Under the pieces are notes generated by a model. It made no database searches, was not told where the DNA came from, and saw nothing but the letters and a program-made list of their open reading frames with translations. A DNA stretch of 63,631 nucleotides, the filler included, from Chiloscyllium plagiosum (taxonomy: Eukaryota), in the NCBI RefSeq assembly GCF_004010195.1. It is 4 parts of one record of this genome, joined end to end, with 100 filler letters (N's around TTAATTAATTAA, not from the genome) between each part and the next. Parts side by side here need not be neighbours in the genome. Positions count along the whole stretch, not along the records: positions 24,958 to 52,668 come from NC_057715.1; 3 more parts are not named here. One strand, written 5' to 3'. Of the stretch, positions 38,622 to 50,190 are shown piece by piece; the stretch's first letter is position 1; each line of letters opens with the position of its first letter. The translations under genes and the position numbers were made by a program.

Positions 38622-38720
38622 AGCAGTTCTGAGGAAGGGTCACTGGACCCAAAATGTTAACTTTGATTTCTCTTCACAGAGGCTGCCAGACCTGCTGAGC
38701 ATTTCCAGCAATTTCTATCC
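38622..38720 (+). mobile_element. Penelope pLTR-derived element (family 2) with hammerhead relic
   Basis: AGTT-CTGAGGA-A-GGGTC ACTG GACCC-AAAAT-GTT-AACT. Stems I and II are perfect and the GAAAC box is altered at CpG positions. Confidence 0.7.
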
Positions 38721-38984
38721 ATGTTATTGCAGACCTGTACTGGATTGAGAAAGATTGAACAGATGGGGAGCAAACATGACTGCTTGTTATGTTTAAGGGG
38801 TAAATTTTATATATGAAGTACATAAATTGATTCGATGAAGGCTTTGTAGACTGATCTGACTTGGAGGACTCTGAGGACAATGGAATAGATATTTTTTCTT
38901 CAAGGCGCAGGCAGTAATTTGATGCAGTGAACTTGATTCTAGAAGTCACAGTATGATTCAATTTAATTTAACAGAATGAAAAAC

Positions 38985-40410
38985 AACGGCTGGGTGATCC
39001 ATGTTGCTAAACTCTTGCTCCAATACATCAATGTCATCTTTGGTGCTGCTTTCTGCTTTCATGCAGAATTGGAAAATTCATCAGTTTTGCTTCCAACTTC
39101 CATCTTTCTCTCACCTTGACCTGATTCATCTCTGATTCTTCCCTTTCTTTCCTTGATTTTGCTGTTTCTATTCTCAAGGATCGGTTATCCTCCCATATCC
39201 ATCACAAACACACAAATGCTCACAGCTATCTCAACTACACCTCTTCACACCCTGCTCCTGCAAAGATTCCATTTCATTCTGTTTTATGTCACTGTTGTAT
39301 CTGTGCTGATGATGTCACTTTCCACCAGGCTGTCTCTGACATGAAATCCTGTTTCCTTATCCAAGAATTACCCTCAATTGTGGTAGGTAGGGCCTACACC
39401 TGTGTCCAATCTCCTGCACCTAGTCCTCATCACATCCGCTTCCCAGAATAATGAGGGGCTCCAATTATTCTTACTTTCCACTCCATTAGTCTCTCCAATC
39501 AAAGGATCATTCTCCACCATTTCTGCCACTTCCAACAGGATGCCACAACTAAATACATCTTCCCCTCCACTGTCAGCAAACTGCAGAGACCATTCCCTCT
39601 GTGATACTCCAGTCCATTCTTCCATTTCTCAGAATGTTTCCTCACTCCCCATGCAATCTCACAAGATGCAATACTTGTCCAATCACCTCTTTCCCTTCTC
39701 ACTGTCCAAGATCCTAAATACACTTTGCAGGTGAAACAGTGTTCCACTTGTACTTTCAATCTACACTACTGCATTCACAGTTCGCAATGTAGGCTCCAAT
39801 GCATTAGTGAGACCAAATACAGACTGAGTGACCGCTTTGCAGAACACCTCTACTTTGTCCAGAGGAATGACCCTGACCTCCCAATTCCTTGCCAACTCAA
39901 TAAGCTATCTTACTCTCATGCTAACATTTCTGTCCTAGAGTTACTGAAATGTCACAATGAAACACAGCACAACCTCAAGAAACACCACCTTATTTTCCGC
40001 TTAGGCATTTACAGCCTTCAGGTCTCAATATTAAATTCAACAATTTCAAAAACTGACTGCAACTGCCAGTTCTGCTCTTTTCCTACATTCTTTTCAACCC
40101 CACCCTTTGAGCCTTATCTTGTTTATGTCTTGTTTACTGTGCACTGACTACAGAGGGCTAATTATCTTCCTTTCATACTTTAATTAACACCCGTTTTATA
40201 TCTCCTCTAATGTTTCTTCATCATTAACAACCCCTTTGTCTTTTTTGCTATGCCCTCATGCGCCTTCTGTGCTTCTGTCAAAATTTTTTAAAAAATCTTC
40301 CAACTCCTTTTAATCCTGAAGAAGTCATATTGGAATTGAAATGTTAACTGTTTCTCTCCACACAGATGCTGCCAGACCTGCTGAGTTTCACCAGTATTCT
40401 GTGCTTGTTT
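38985..40410 (+). mobile_element. decayed Penelope-like element (RT C-terminus, GIY-YIG, 3' pLTR with hammerhead at about 40316-40349)
   Basis: TNAHSYLNYTSSH and NLHYCIHSSQCRLQCISETKYRLSDRFAEHL. Downstream CTGAAGA-AGTCATATTGGAATT-GAAATGTTAACT. Confidence 0.75.
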
Positions 40411-41141
40411 GATGTTATCAAACTGTTGTTTTCAAAGCAGAGACTAGAATCTATGTGAACATTGTTTAGTCTTTCTGAATTATTATTTTTAAATCAGTAA
40501 ACACAATCTATCTTTGGGCGCAAAAGTGATACTAGATACTAAATGGTTACTTTTTTTTCAGGATTATACTTTTACAACAAAGTTGAAAGCATTTTGGTGT
40601 CCAGGTTTGTCCTAATGGTAATAATGGGAGTTATGGAAAAAAGTGTTCCTGAGGATTCTATCAAATTCACTAATATAGATGTGTGGTCAAATGACCATGA
40701 GCCCAATATTGGACAATCTAAATTGATCAACAGCTGGAGAAAGTGGATGTGACAGAAAAGTAGGCAAACTAAATTACCACATCCAGCAGCTATTGGCTGC
40801 ATAGCACAGTGGAAACCAAGATCAAAGAGTTACGATGGTTCAAGGGGAACCAGTTATAAACAGCCTGAGGGTTATGTATTAGAGAAGAGTCAATCAGACT
40901 TTCAGGCATCTTGACTGCCTGAGTTTGTGCACTTTACACCTCCTAGTGTGTTAATAGTGTGGCATGACCATACAGAATGATCTGAACGCAGCTTATGACC
41001 CCATTGGCCAAAGGAAAAGAATATTCTGGAAAGTTCAAAGCAAGTGGCAGTAAAAAATTATACCCTGGATCCATGTCCTCAGTGAAGATTTGCAGCAAAA
41101 TCTTGACTTGGCCCAGCAGCGGAGCTCCAACCACCTCTGGC

Positions 41142-41180
41142 GAGAGAGAGAGAGAGAGAGACTACAAGAAAGAGAGAGAC
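41142..41180 (+). repeat. (GA)n microsatellite
   Basis: GAGAGAGAGAGAGAGAGAG plus an imperfect continuation. Confidence 0.8.
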
Positions 41181-41188
41181 ACAGGGCA

Positions 41189-41308
41189 AAAGTGAGTACT
41201 GCAGATGCTGATTCATTCCTGATGAAGGGCTTTTGCCCGAAACATCATTTTTCCTGTGCCTCAGATGCTGCCTGACCTGCTGTGCTTTTCCAGCACCACT
41301 CTAATCTA
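41189..41308 (+). mobile_element. family 1 element with hammerhead core at 41219-41246
   Basis: CTGATGA-A-GGGC TTTT GCCC-GAAAC-ATC, preceded by a short inverted extension AAAGTGAGTACTGCAGATGCTG. Confidence 0.7.
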
Positions 41309-41487
41309 GAGAGAGACAGAGACAGAGAGAGAAAAGATCTGTCCTGACTTGTGAGACCCACCATTGCAAACGACAGCTAGCCCTACATCACAGAGGAAGG
41401 AGATTCCAACAGCCCAGCTCAAACATGTGTATTATTGCAGGTAAAATCCTTTCACAGATGGATAGAGCTTCTGTTCAGTTCTGTTCT

Positions 41488-41555
41488 TCAGTTCTGAAGA
41501 AGGGTCACTCGACTTGAAATGTTAACTCTGCTTTCTCTCCACAAATAACATCAGA
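41488..41555 (+). mobile_element. family 2 hammerhead element, 5' half (3' half resumes at about 43026-43055)
   Basis: AGTT-CTGAAGA-A-GGGTC ACTC GACTT-GAAAT-GTT-AACT. The continuation CAGACCTGCAGAGTTTCTCCAGC follows the Rex1 tail. Confidence 0.7.
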
Positions 41556-43026
41556 TCAGTTTTCCTTCATGGGAATCCAAGGAAAGCAATGGGACCAGAC
41601 GAAATACCAGGGCGTGCACTCAGGGCATGCGTACATCAACTGGCAGAAGTCTTCTCGGACATCTTCAACCTCTCCCTGCAGTAGGCCACTGTCCTTGCCT
41701 GTTTCAAGAGGGCCAACATCATCCCTGTACCTAAGAAGGCTCATGCAGCATACCTCAATGACTACCACCCAGTGACCCTAACATCAATAGTCATGAAGTG
41801 CTTTGTAAGGCTGGTCAGGGCATTAATCAATTCCAGCCTCCCCACTACTCTTGACCCATTCCAATTTGCCTATCGGACCAATACATCCATGTCAGATGCC
41901 ATATCACTTGCCCTTCACTCATCCCAAGAACATCTTGACACCAAGTACATCTACATAACAATCCTACTCATTGAATACAGCCTTCAACACTATTATCCCC
42001 TCGAGATTGATTACTAAACTTACTGATCTTGGATTAACTCTGTGCAACTGGATCCTCAGTTTCCTGACCCATAGGCCACAATCAGTGAAGATTGGGGACA
42101 ATATTTCATCCTCACTAACACTCAAAACTGAATCCCTCAGGGGTGCATACTCAGCCCCCTAATGTACTCTACTATACCCATGACTGCATCGGCAAATACC
42201 AGAATAATGCCATTTACAAGTTCACTGATGACACCACCATAGTCGGTCGAATCTCAGATGGCGAAGAAACAGATGGGAGGTGGAAGACCTGGAAAAATGG
42301 TGCACTGAGAACAACCTAGCTCTCAATGCCAGCAAAACCAAGGAACTCCTTATTGACTTTCGATGGGATGTTACTCATGGCCCCCTACACATTAACAGCA
42401 CAGAAGTGGAATGAGTGGAGAATGTCAAGCTCCTGGGAATGGTCATCCATAACAAGCTTTCTTGGACTCTTCGTGTGGACACACTGGTTACAAAGGCCCA
42501 ACAAAATCTCTTCTTCCTCAGGCAGCTGAGGAAATTTGGCATGACAGCGAATACCCTTGCCAACTTTATAGGTGCGCCATCGAGAGCATTCTGTCTGGTT
42601 GTATCACTGCTTGGTGTAGCAACTGTACCATTCAAGATCAGAGATGGTCACAGAGAGTGGTGAACTCGCCTGGACAATCACAAAGGCCAACCTCCCATCT
42701 ATAGAATCCATTTACCAGGCCCGCTGTCAAGGAAAGGCCGCCAGCATTCTCAGTGATCCATCCCACCCTGGCAATGTTTTTCTAAACCTCTACCATCAGG
42801 GAAAAGGTACAGAAGCCTGAACACACGCACCAACCAGTTTAGAAACAGTTTCTACCCTACTGTTGTTAGAATACTGAATGGACTCACAAACTCTGTTTTT
42901 GCCGTTGTTTACCTATTATTTAGTTATCGATGCTACTTAACTCTGTGATCTGCCGTATTGCTTGCAAGGCAAAGCTTTTCACTGTGCCTCAGTACACCTG
43001 GCAGTAAATTCAATTCAATTCAATTC
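41556..43026 (+). mobile_element. Rex1/Babar-clade LINE, 5'-truncated RT region with (AATTC)n tail
   Basis: KAMGPDEIPGRALRAC..QLAEVFSDIFNLSL, IIPVPKK, LTSIVMKCFVRLV, LDPFQFAYR, KFTDDTTIVG and LNASKTKELLIDF. Tail AATTCAATTCAATTCAATTC. Confidence 0.9.
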
Positions 43027-44097
43027 AGACCTGCAGAGTTTCTCCAGCTTTTTTGTGTGACCAAGAACCAAATAAAGGTTGTTATACCTTAAAATAAAAT
43101 AAAGAACTGCATCTGCTGGAAATCTTAAAAGAAAACAGAAATTGGGTCTGATCACTTCCTTTTATTTATTTTGTTTCTTTCTTCTCGCTATTGGTCTCCA
43201 CAATAAGAAATCAGATTTGTTGAGAGAGATGAAACTACTCTTTCTAAAACAAATGTGAAATATGAAAATGGGAAGGGGTGGGCTAGGAGTGCACACACAT
43301 TTGTTGATTATTGAGTAGTTATAAATGCTGTGCCTCGTTATTCTCAACTTAAAGTATATTCCTGGACATAGATGGTATTGTTGGTACATCAGAATAAAGA
43401 GTTAAATGTTAAAACATATTACTCAATAGTTATCAAAATAAAACTAAATGATTTCTGCATTAAGCCCAGTTAAACCTAAACACACTTAAAATTTCATCTG
43501 CCATGTCAAGAACCAGGAGTAAATCTTTATATCTACAGCTGATCTAAATGAACCCATCCCTGAGATTTTTCCTCATGCTTTTTAACCTATTTTTCTAGTC
43601 AACCTGTTCAGAAGCAGCATTACACACCTCAGGAGCATATGGGATTTGAATCTATGTCTCTCAGTGCAGGGATAGGGACTCTACCACTGCACAAGAGGGC
43701 CAAGTATTCAGACATTACTCTGAACAGTCATTTGAATTTAGCAGGAGACAATGCAAAGCACATTTCATAAGGTACTTAGATACAAGATACAATTTCAAAA
43801 CTGCTTTTTTATGCTTTCTATCTTGTATGAAATCTAGAAATTAAAATAAATATTGAAATACAAATGTTGAAATGTCCTTATATATTACAAACATTGGCTT
43901 ATCAGATTGGCTTTACCAGATATTAAAGCAGCAAATTTGAAGGGTTTGTTGGCCTATCAAAATGGGCATTGGACCAAGTCCTTTCATTTCCTAACGGAAT
44001 TTGGCAGTCTCGCAAGACAACCTGCAGTCATTAAATGCTCACAAAGGATCGCAATGCATATTGACGATTGCAAAACAATGATTTTCAGCTGCATATT

Positions 44098-44115
44098 TGC
44101 TGCCACCTGGTGACA
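44098..44115 (-). promoter_or_regulatory. candidate CTCF binding site
   Basis: Minus strand TGTCACCAGGTGGCAGCA closely matches the CTCF core CCACCAGGTGGCAG, in unique non-repeat sequence. Confidence 0.4.
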
Positions 44116-44546
44116 ATTGTTATCATCAAAAAGAATCTTGTTTTAATCATAAACTTTAATCAAGTCCATTCAGTAACTAGATTAATCGAAAGGATTAAAT
44201 TCTCCCACTATTTGATTTATTTATTGTCATGTGAAAAGTATTGTATAGTGTCACCTCTCTCCAGCACCATCTTGAAACACAGTAAGATAATTCAAAACAT
44301 AGAATATAAAGACATAAAAGTGAAGAAAAAAGAAAATGTCCAACTTTACAGTTCTTAAGTGCTCCATCATTATGGCATTTGGCATTACTTGTAAACTTGC
44401 TCAGAAAAGTCATTTATAGATGGAGTGAGAAACGAATCATAATGATAACTTGTACAGTAGGAATGATTGTTGTATGTTTGAAGAAAACTGAAGGAGTCAT
44501 ATTCTGAATTGATCCAGCTGTAAGTCACCTATGACTGCTCGAAGCT

Positions 44547-44790
44547 GAAGAACCAAAAGAACTGCAAATGCCTGAAATTTGAACCAAAAACTGAAATTAC
44601 TGGAAAATCTCAGTAGATCTGGCAGCATCTGTCCAGAGAAATGAGAGTTAGCATTTTGGGTCCAGTGGCCCTTTTTCTGAACTGGACTCAAAATGTTAAC
44701 TCTCATTTCTCTCTACAGATGCTGCCAGACCTGCTGAGATTTTCCAGCAATTTCTGTTTTTGTTTCAGATTTCCAGCAACAATTGTTCTT
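44547..44790. mobile_element. palindromic family 2 element
   Basis: Imperfect inverted arms of about 110 bp (CTGGAAAATCTCAG..CTGGCAGCATCTGT..GAGAAATGAGAGTTA versus TAACTCTCATTTCTC..ACAGATGCTGCCAG..CTGAGATTTTCCAG) meeting in the hammerhead near 44670-44680. Confidence 0.8.
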
Positions 44791-45199
44791 TCAGCTTTTC
44801 ATTTAGTTTTTTAACTCACTGCTACATCTCTTCCAGGTATGCCCACCTTGAAGAAGTTCTGCTCCTCTCTCTGATAGGATTTTCATTCCAGTTTTTTTTC
44901 TCCTTCTTGTTCATTATCATTCATTTCACTGTCAATCCTGTTCGACAAGTTATTTGCCAAAACTTGCTTGCAGAGCCACGTCACATTCCTCAGTGACTGT
45001 CTCCGGCTCAGACTTACCCCACATGTATTTTAACTCAAGTTTTGACTCCAATTAGGATCACAGATATCTCCATGATGTTCAACAATCCTCAGAGAGCTGT
45101 TCTCGCCACATCCTATGACCACACTCAGTGCCAAACATCATCATATGCACAGTCTTGACATCTCTCTCCCAGCAGCACTGCCTCATGCTGGCTTAGTTA

Positions 45200-45425
45200 G
45201 AGGCAAAAAGAAACTGCTGGTGCTGGAATCCACAGACAAGCAGGAGTCTGGAAAAACACAGCAAGCCAGGCATCATCAGGAGGTGGAGAAGTCAAGGTTT
45301 TGGGTATAACTCTTCTTCAGAAATAGAAGTGGGGGTAGGGGGAACTGCAGATAAAGGGGGAGGGGTTGGGGTTTCTGTGGGGAAAGGGGTGGAATGGTAA
45401 AGCAGTGATAGGTGAACACAGGAGC
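45200..45425 (-). mobile_element. family 1-related pLTR, degenerate
   Basis: Reverse complement reads CTGAAGAAGAGTTATACCCAAAACCTTGAC. G-rich arm on the plus strand. Confidence 0.55.
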
Positions 45426-45489
45426 TGGCCTCCAGTTCTACATCATCCTCTGGCTTATTCAAAATTCTAACATGAAGGTTTTTCTTTGC

Positions 45490-46400
45490 CTTTCAGGCAT
45501 TAAGGAACACAAAATGCAACAATTCAGAGACACCTACACCTCTGCAACTTTCCTCCCCTCCCCTTCCCTCTGACTCCATTCTCTTTTCAAACCTCACCCC
45601 TTTTCGTGTACTTATTATCCCTTCTGACATTCTGCTCTCTGATGCTGAATGGTCTGTACTGAGGAAAGGTCTCAGTTTTATGTGAGTGTCCACCTTAATG
45701 AATTTTGGGCTTGATGTGACGCTGAACTCTTCTTCCTTCATTTTTAGAACAGTGCCCGTTTCTTTGGACAAGAGTCCATTGCCCTGCTCACAGAACCCTT
45801 CACCAACCTCCATCACTCTCCTCCACTTGGACCCCTCAGTCTAATCTTTTACCTATGCTTGACCTTTTCATTGAAAACTGTCGATGTGACATTGGTCACC
45901 TCAATTTCCCTGCCACCGTCTTATCCATTTCAACCTATCCCCTCTGAACTGACTGCACTCCATGCTCACCGATCAAACCCAGACTTTTTAATTAAGCCTG
46001 CCAATAAGAGTGGTGCTATTGTTTTCTGGCGTACTGACCTCTACATTGCAGAGGCTGAATGCCAGTTTTCAGATACCTCCTCTGGACCATGACCCCACCA
46101 TGGAGCACCAGGCCATTGTGTTCACAGTGCTCACTAACCATATTTCATCTGGTGATCTCCCTCCCACCGCCTCCAAGCTCCCAACCCCACACAGCCCACT
46201 TCTACCTCCTTCCCAAAATCCACAAACAGCTTTGCCCAGGGAGACCTATTGTTTCTGCCTGCTCCTGCCTACAGGACTGATCCCTTCCTAAAAATGTTCT
46301 GAAGTCAGGTCACTGGACCGAAAACATTGACTCTGATTTATCTCCACAGATGCTGATAGATTACCTGAGATTTTCCAGAAATTTCTATTTTTGTCTCTGC
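45490..46400 (+). mobile_element. decayed Penelope-like element N-terminal/RT region followed by a family 2 pLTR
   Basis: SVLRKGLSF, IKPANKSGAIVFW.TDLYI.EAECQ.SD and FYLLPKIHK..CPGRPIVS. Then GTTCTGAAGTCAGGTCACTGGACCGAAAACATTGAC at about 46296. Confidence 0.8.
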
Positions 46401-46852
46401 TTGAAGCTGATACTGGCTACCAAAAATGAGAAGAGTTCTATTTTCAAAAACTAGTGGGTGCATTTCAATGAAACCTAGGACACAGTTAAGGAAGAACTGA
46501 TTAGTTTTTGTCAAAGATATGGATCTAGATCCAGATCCTGGGATCTTTTATAGGCTTTATTAACATTGGGAGATGGGGTGAATGTAAGTTATTTGATTCA
46601 GAACGTTTTTGATTTTTATAGAATATTTGTGGCTTATTTCAAAGACCATGATAAAAAGATTCCCAGGTACAAATTGTGAGCTGAGTTTTCAGAACAAGTT
46701 GTTGGATGTGGATTACATCAATGAGATGAAAGCTCTAAATAAAAAGATTTATGTGTTCAGCTTTATAGTTACAGTCAGGAGACAATCTCGAGAACATATT
46801 TTTAACAATGTTGATTTTGTACAACATGCTGAAGGTATGCATGCTACTGAGT

Positions 46853-47169
46853 TGATTAGATTACTTACAGTGTGGAAATAGGCATTTCTGCCCAACAAGT
46901 CCACACCATCCCTCTGAAGAACAACCCACCCAGACCCATTTCCCTACATTTACCCCTTTACCTAACACTATGGGCAATTTAGCATGGCCAATTCACCTGA
47001 ACTGCACATCTTTGGACTGTGGGTGAAAACCGGAACACTCGGAGGAAACCCATGCAGACATGGGGAGAATGTGCAAACTCCACATAGACAGTTGCTCGAG
47101 GCGGGAATTGAACCCGGGTCCCTGACACTGTGAGGCAGCAGTGCTAACTGCTGTGCCACCATGCTGCCC
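46853..47169 (-). mobile_element. tRNA-derived SINE (HE1/V-SINE-like), full length
   Basis: Reverse complement reads GGGCAGCATGGTGGCACAGCAGTTAGCA..GGTTCAATTCCCGCC, then the core and an AGTAATCTAATC tail. Confidence 0.9.
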
Positions 47170-47815
47170 ACTCTTTTCAATTGTCAGATGCTATCAAAAA
47201 AATATCAAATCAATTCAGGAAAAGGGATTGGTTTTAATTACACACTGTCATCAATAATGGATTGTCATTTTTTTACTTATGGATTCAAATGAAGCAATAT
47301 AAATTGAAATGTTAGTGTTAGTTATAGTTCTGACAAATGAATGGACAATTTTATTAAATCTTTTAATAACTTGCATTAATTTAATTAATTGAATTATTAT
47401 GATCTCAATAAATGTCAGTAATGATTTTTATAAAGTCAACATTGATTAACAAAGTTATTTATTAAAATCCTTGAAGCCATGGGATCTAATGTTTTTAAAC
47501 AAAAGGTGTTTTATAATATAAGAGTCAAACAAGGCAAATTCATTGTCAACTTTTTTTCATACCAAAAATAAATTTCAAAGTAAAAGAGAAATTGAACTTG
47601 ACAGTATACTATAACACTAAGTTTAAGACATATCGCAAACAGGTCTACAGTGTGTAAGTAATAAATCTCTGTCATTAAACTGTGACTTCCCTCAAAGAAT
47701 TTCAGCCGTTTAATTCTAGGAACTAATATTATTTTCAGGCAATGGAAACAGCAGTAGCAGCTCTATATTTGTTTTCCTCAGGTTCTGGATGTAACTTCTG
47801 TCTCATTCAGGTTAC

Positions 47816-47925
47816 CTGTACCGTGTTGCTGGAAGCATTCATTATAATAACTGAATGCAGAGAGCACTTCTTCCCTTCCAACTGGCCCCACTCTACTTAG
47901 ACTTTTAATTCCCAGTTCTAGTTTC
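47816..47925 (-). CDS. candidate internal exon of an unidentified gene (110 nt)
   Basis: Acceptor catttccagtctctcAG and donor CAG|GTAACC. Only one frame is open: KLELGIKSLSRVGPVGREEVLSAFSYYNECFQQHGT. Unique AT-rich flanks. Confidence 0.4.
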
Positions 47926-48124
47926 CTGAGAGACTGGAAATGTCATTTTCCTTTCTCAGTTTCTGCTTTCACTTTCTGTTTTTGGTCAGGACCTGCCGAA
48001 AAAATATACTAGCTTTGAGACCACGGATTCCATCAACGTACAGAGAAAAATATTTCAAGGTGCGCTGTCCAAACAGAAAAAATGAGGAGCTTTGTCAAAA
48101 ATATCAGTTTTCAGAACTTAAATT

Positions 48125-49322
48125 TAGGGATCTCATGAAATACAGGGAGAACTAGCCATTTGGATACAGAACTGGCTCAAAGGTAGAAGACAGATGGTAG
48201 TGGTGGAGGGTTGTAAATCAGACTGGAGGCCTGTGACCAGTAGAGTGCCACAACGATCGGTTCTGAGTCTACTACTTTTTGCCATTTACATAAATGATTT
48301 GGATGCGAGCATGAGGTACAATTAGTAAGTTTGCAGATGACACCAAAATTGGAGGTGTAGTGGACAGCGAAGAGGGTTACCTCAGATTACAACAGGATCT
48401 TGACCAGATGGGCCAATGGGCTGAGAAGTGGCAGACGGAGTTTAATTCAAATAAATGCAAGGTGCTGCATTTTGGGAAAGCAAATCTTAGAAGGACTTAT
48501 ACACTTAATAGTAAGGTCCTCGGGAGTGTTGCTGAACAAAGAGACCTTGGAGTGTAGGTTCATAGCTTCTTGAAGGTGGAGTCGCACAGAGATAGTTTAG
48601 TGAAGAAAGCGTTTGGTATGCTTTCCTTTATCAGTCAGAATATTGAGTACAGGGGTTGGGAGATGATGTTGCGGCTGTACAGGACATTGGTTAGGCCACT
48701 GTTGGAGTATTGCATGCAATTCTCATCTCCTTCCTATCGGAAAGATGTTAAACAGCCCCAGCCTATTCAGCCTCTACCTATAGCTCAAATCCTCCAATTG
48801 TGCAATATCCTCGTAAATCCTTTCACAACTTGAAAGGGTTCAGAAAAGATTTACAAGGATGTTGCCAAGGTTGGAGGATTTGAGCTATAGGGAGAGGCTG
48901 AACAGGCTGGGGCTGTTTTCCCTGGAACGTCGGAGGCTGAGGGGTGACCTTATAGGGGTTTACAAAATTATGAGGGGCATTGATAAGATAAATAGACAAA
49001 GTCTTTTCCCTGTGGTTGGGGCATCCAGAACTAGACAGCATAGGTTTAGGGTGAGAGGGGAAAGACATAAAAGAGACTTAAGAGGGAACATTTTCACGCA
49101 GAGGGTGGTACGTGTATGGAATGTGCTGCCAGAGGAATTGGTGGATGCTAGTACATTTGCCACATTTAAAATGCATTTGGATGTGTATATGAATAGGGAG
49201 GGTTTGGAGGAATATGGGCCAGGTGCTGGCAGGTGGGAATAAATTGGGTTGGGATATCTGGTCGGCATGAACGGGTTGGACCAAAGCGTGTGTTTCCGTG
49301 CTGTACATCTCTATGACTCTAT
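48125..49322 (+). mobile_element. 5'-truncated CR1 3' end with an internal inverted insertion
   Basis: KFADDTKIGG, WAEKWQTEFNSNKC and LFSLERRRLRGDL. CTCTATGACTCTATG tail. Confidence 0.9.
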
Positions 49323-49678
49323 GTCTATTGGAAGTGTGTGTCTATACATACCTGGCTGCCTTGTTTCGCCCAATACTGCGGTGATCTATCGTGCTAAAGG
49401 TGATGTTTCTTTTGCTTAATCATCCTACTCATCATCCTCCTCAGAAGACCACACCTCTCTCTAAGCTTGTCAGTTTCTATCACATTCACTTTTTGCCTGC
49501 TCCATTTGTGTAGGGCAAAGCATCGAAGGACTATGCAGCACACCCTGTTTGGCCTGTACTGCATGGTGACCCAAGACTGATCGAAGCTTCAGACTCTCAA
49601 CTTTAAAAAAGGTTTTTCAAGTGCTCCATAATGGCTCTGCTGGAAGAATGTATCTGTGCTTGGCCTCAGTCAAGAATG

Positions 49679-49960
49679 AGCTGAAAATATGTTGCTGGAA
49701 AAGCGCAGCAGGTCAGGCAGCATCCAAGGAGCAATAGAATCGAGTTTCGGGCATGAGCCCTTCTTCAGGAATGAGGAAAGTGTGCCAAGCAGGCTAAGAT
49801 AAAAAGTAGGGAGGAGGGACTTGGGGAGGGGCATTGGAAATGTGATAGGTGGAAGGAGGTTAAGGTGAGGGTGATAGGCTGGAGTGGAGGTAGGGGCGGA
49901 GAGGTCAGGAAGAAGATTGCAGGTTAGGAAGGTGGTGCTGAGTTCGAGGGTTGGGACTGA
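49679..49960 (-). mobile_element. family 1 element (282 bp, single arm)
   Basis: 14-bp TSD CTCAGTCAAGAATG (49665-49678 and 49961-49974). Hammerhead has a 1-nt deletion in stem III. Confidence 0.85.
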
Positions 49961-50190
49961 CTCAGTCAAGAATGTCCATCATGGAGTTAATAGCACTGGT
50001 TGCAGAGAGTAGCCCTTGTTCATTCAACAGCAATTCTTGCAAAGCATCCAGCCCATCAAATGAAGCAGGAACATGAGTTTTCTCAAGGATATAGGCAAGA
50101 TAGTGGCTTCCAAGGTACCTGCCAGCATGATAATCTTGGCAAAGCCTTCTGTCCAAGCTACAGCACTGATCATGTCATATAGAAACTGGA

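Noticed and set aside
47816..47925. Assigning the exon to soluble adenylyl cyclase because of a GREE-like motif
   Set aside because: The resemblance is too short and no neighbouring exons support it, so no gene symbol is given.
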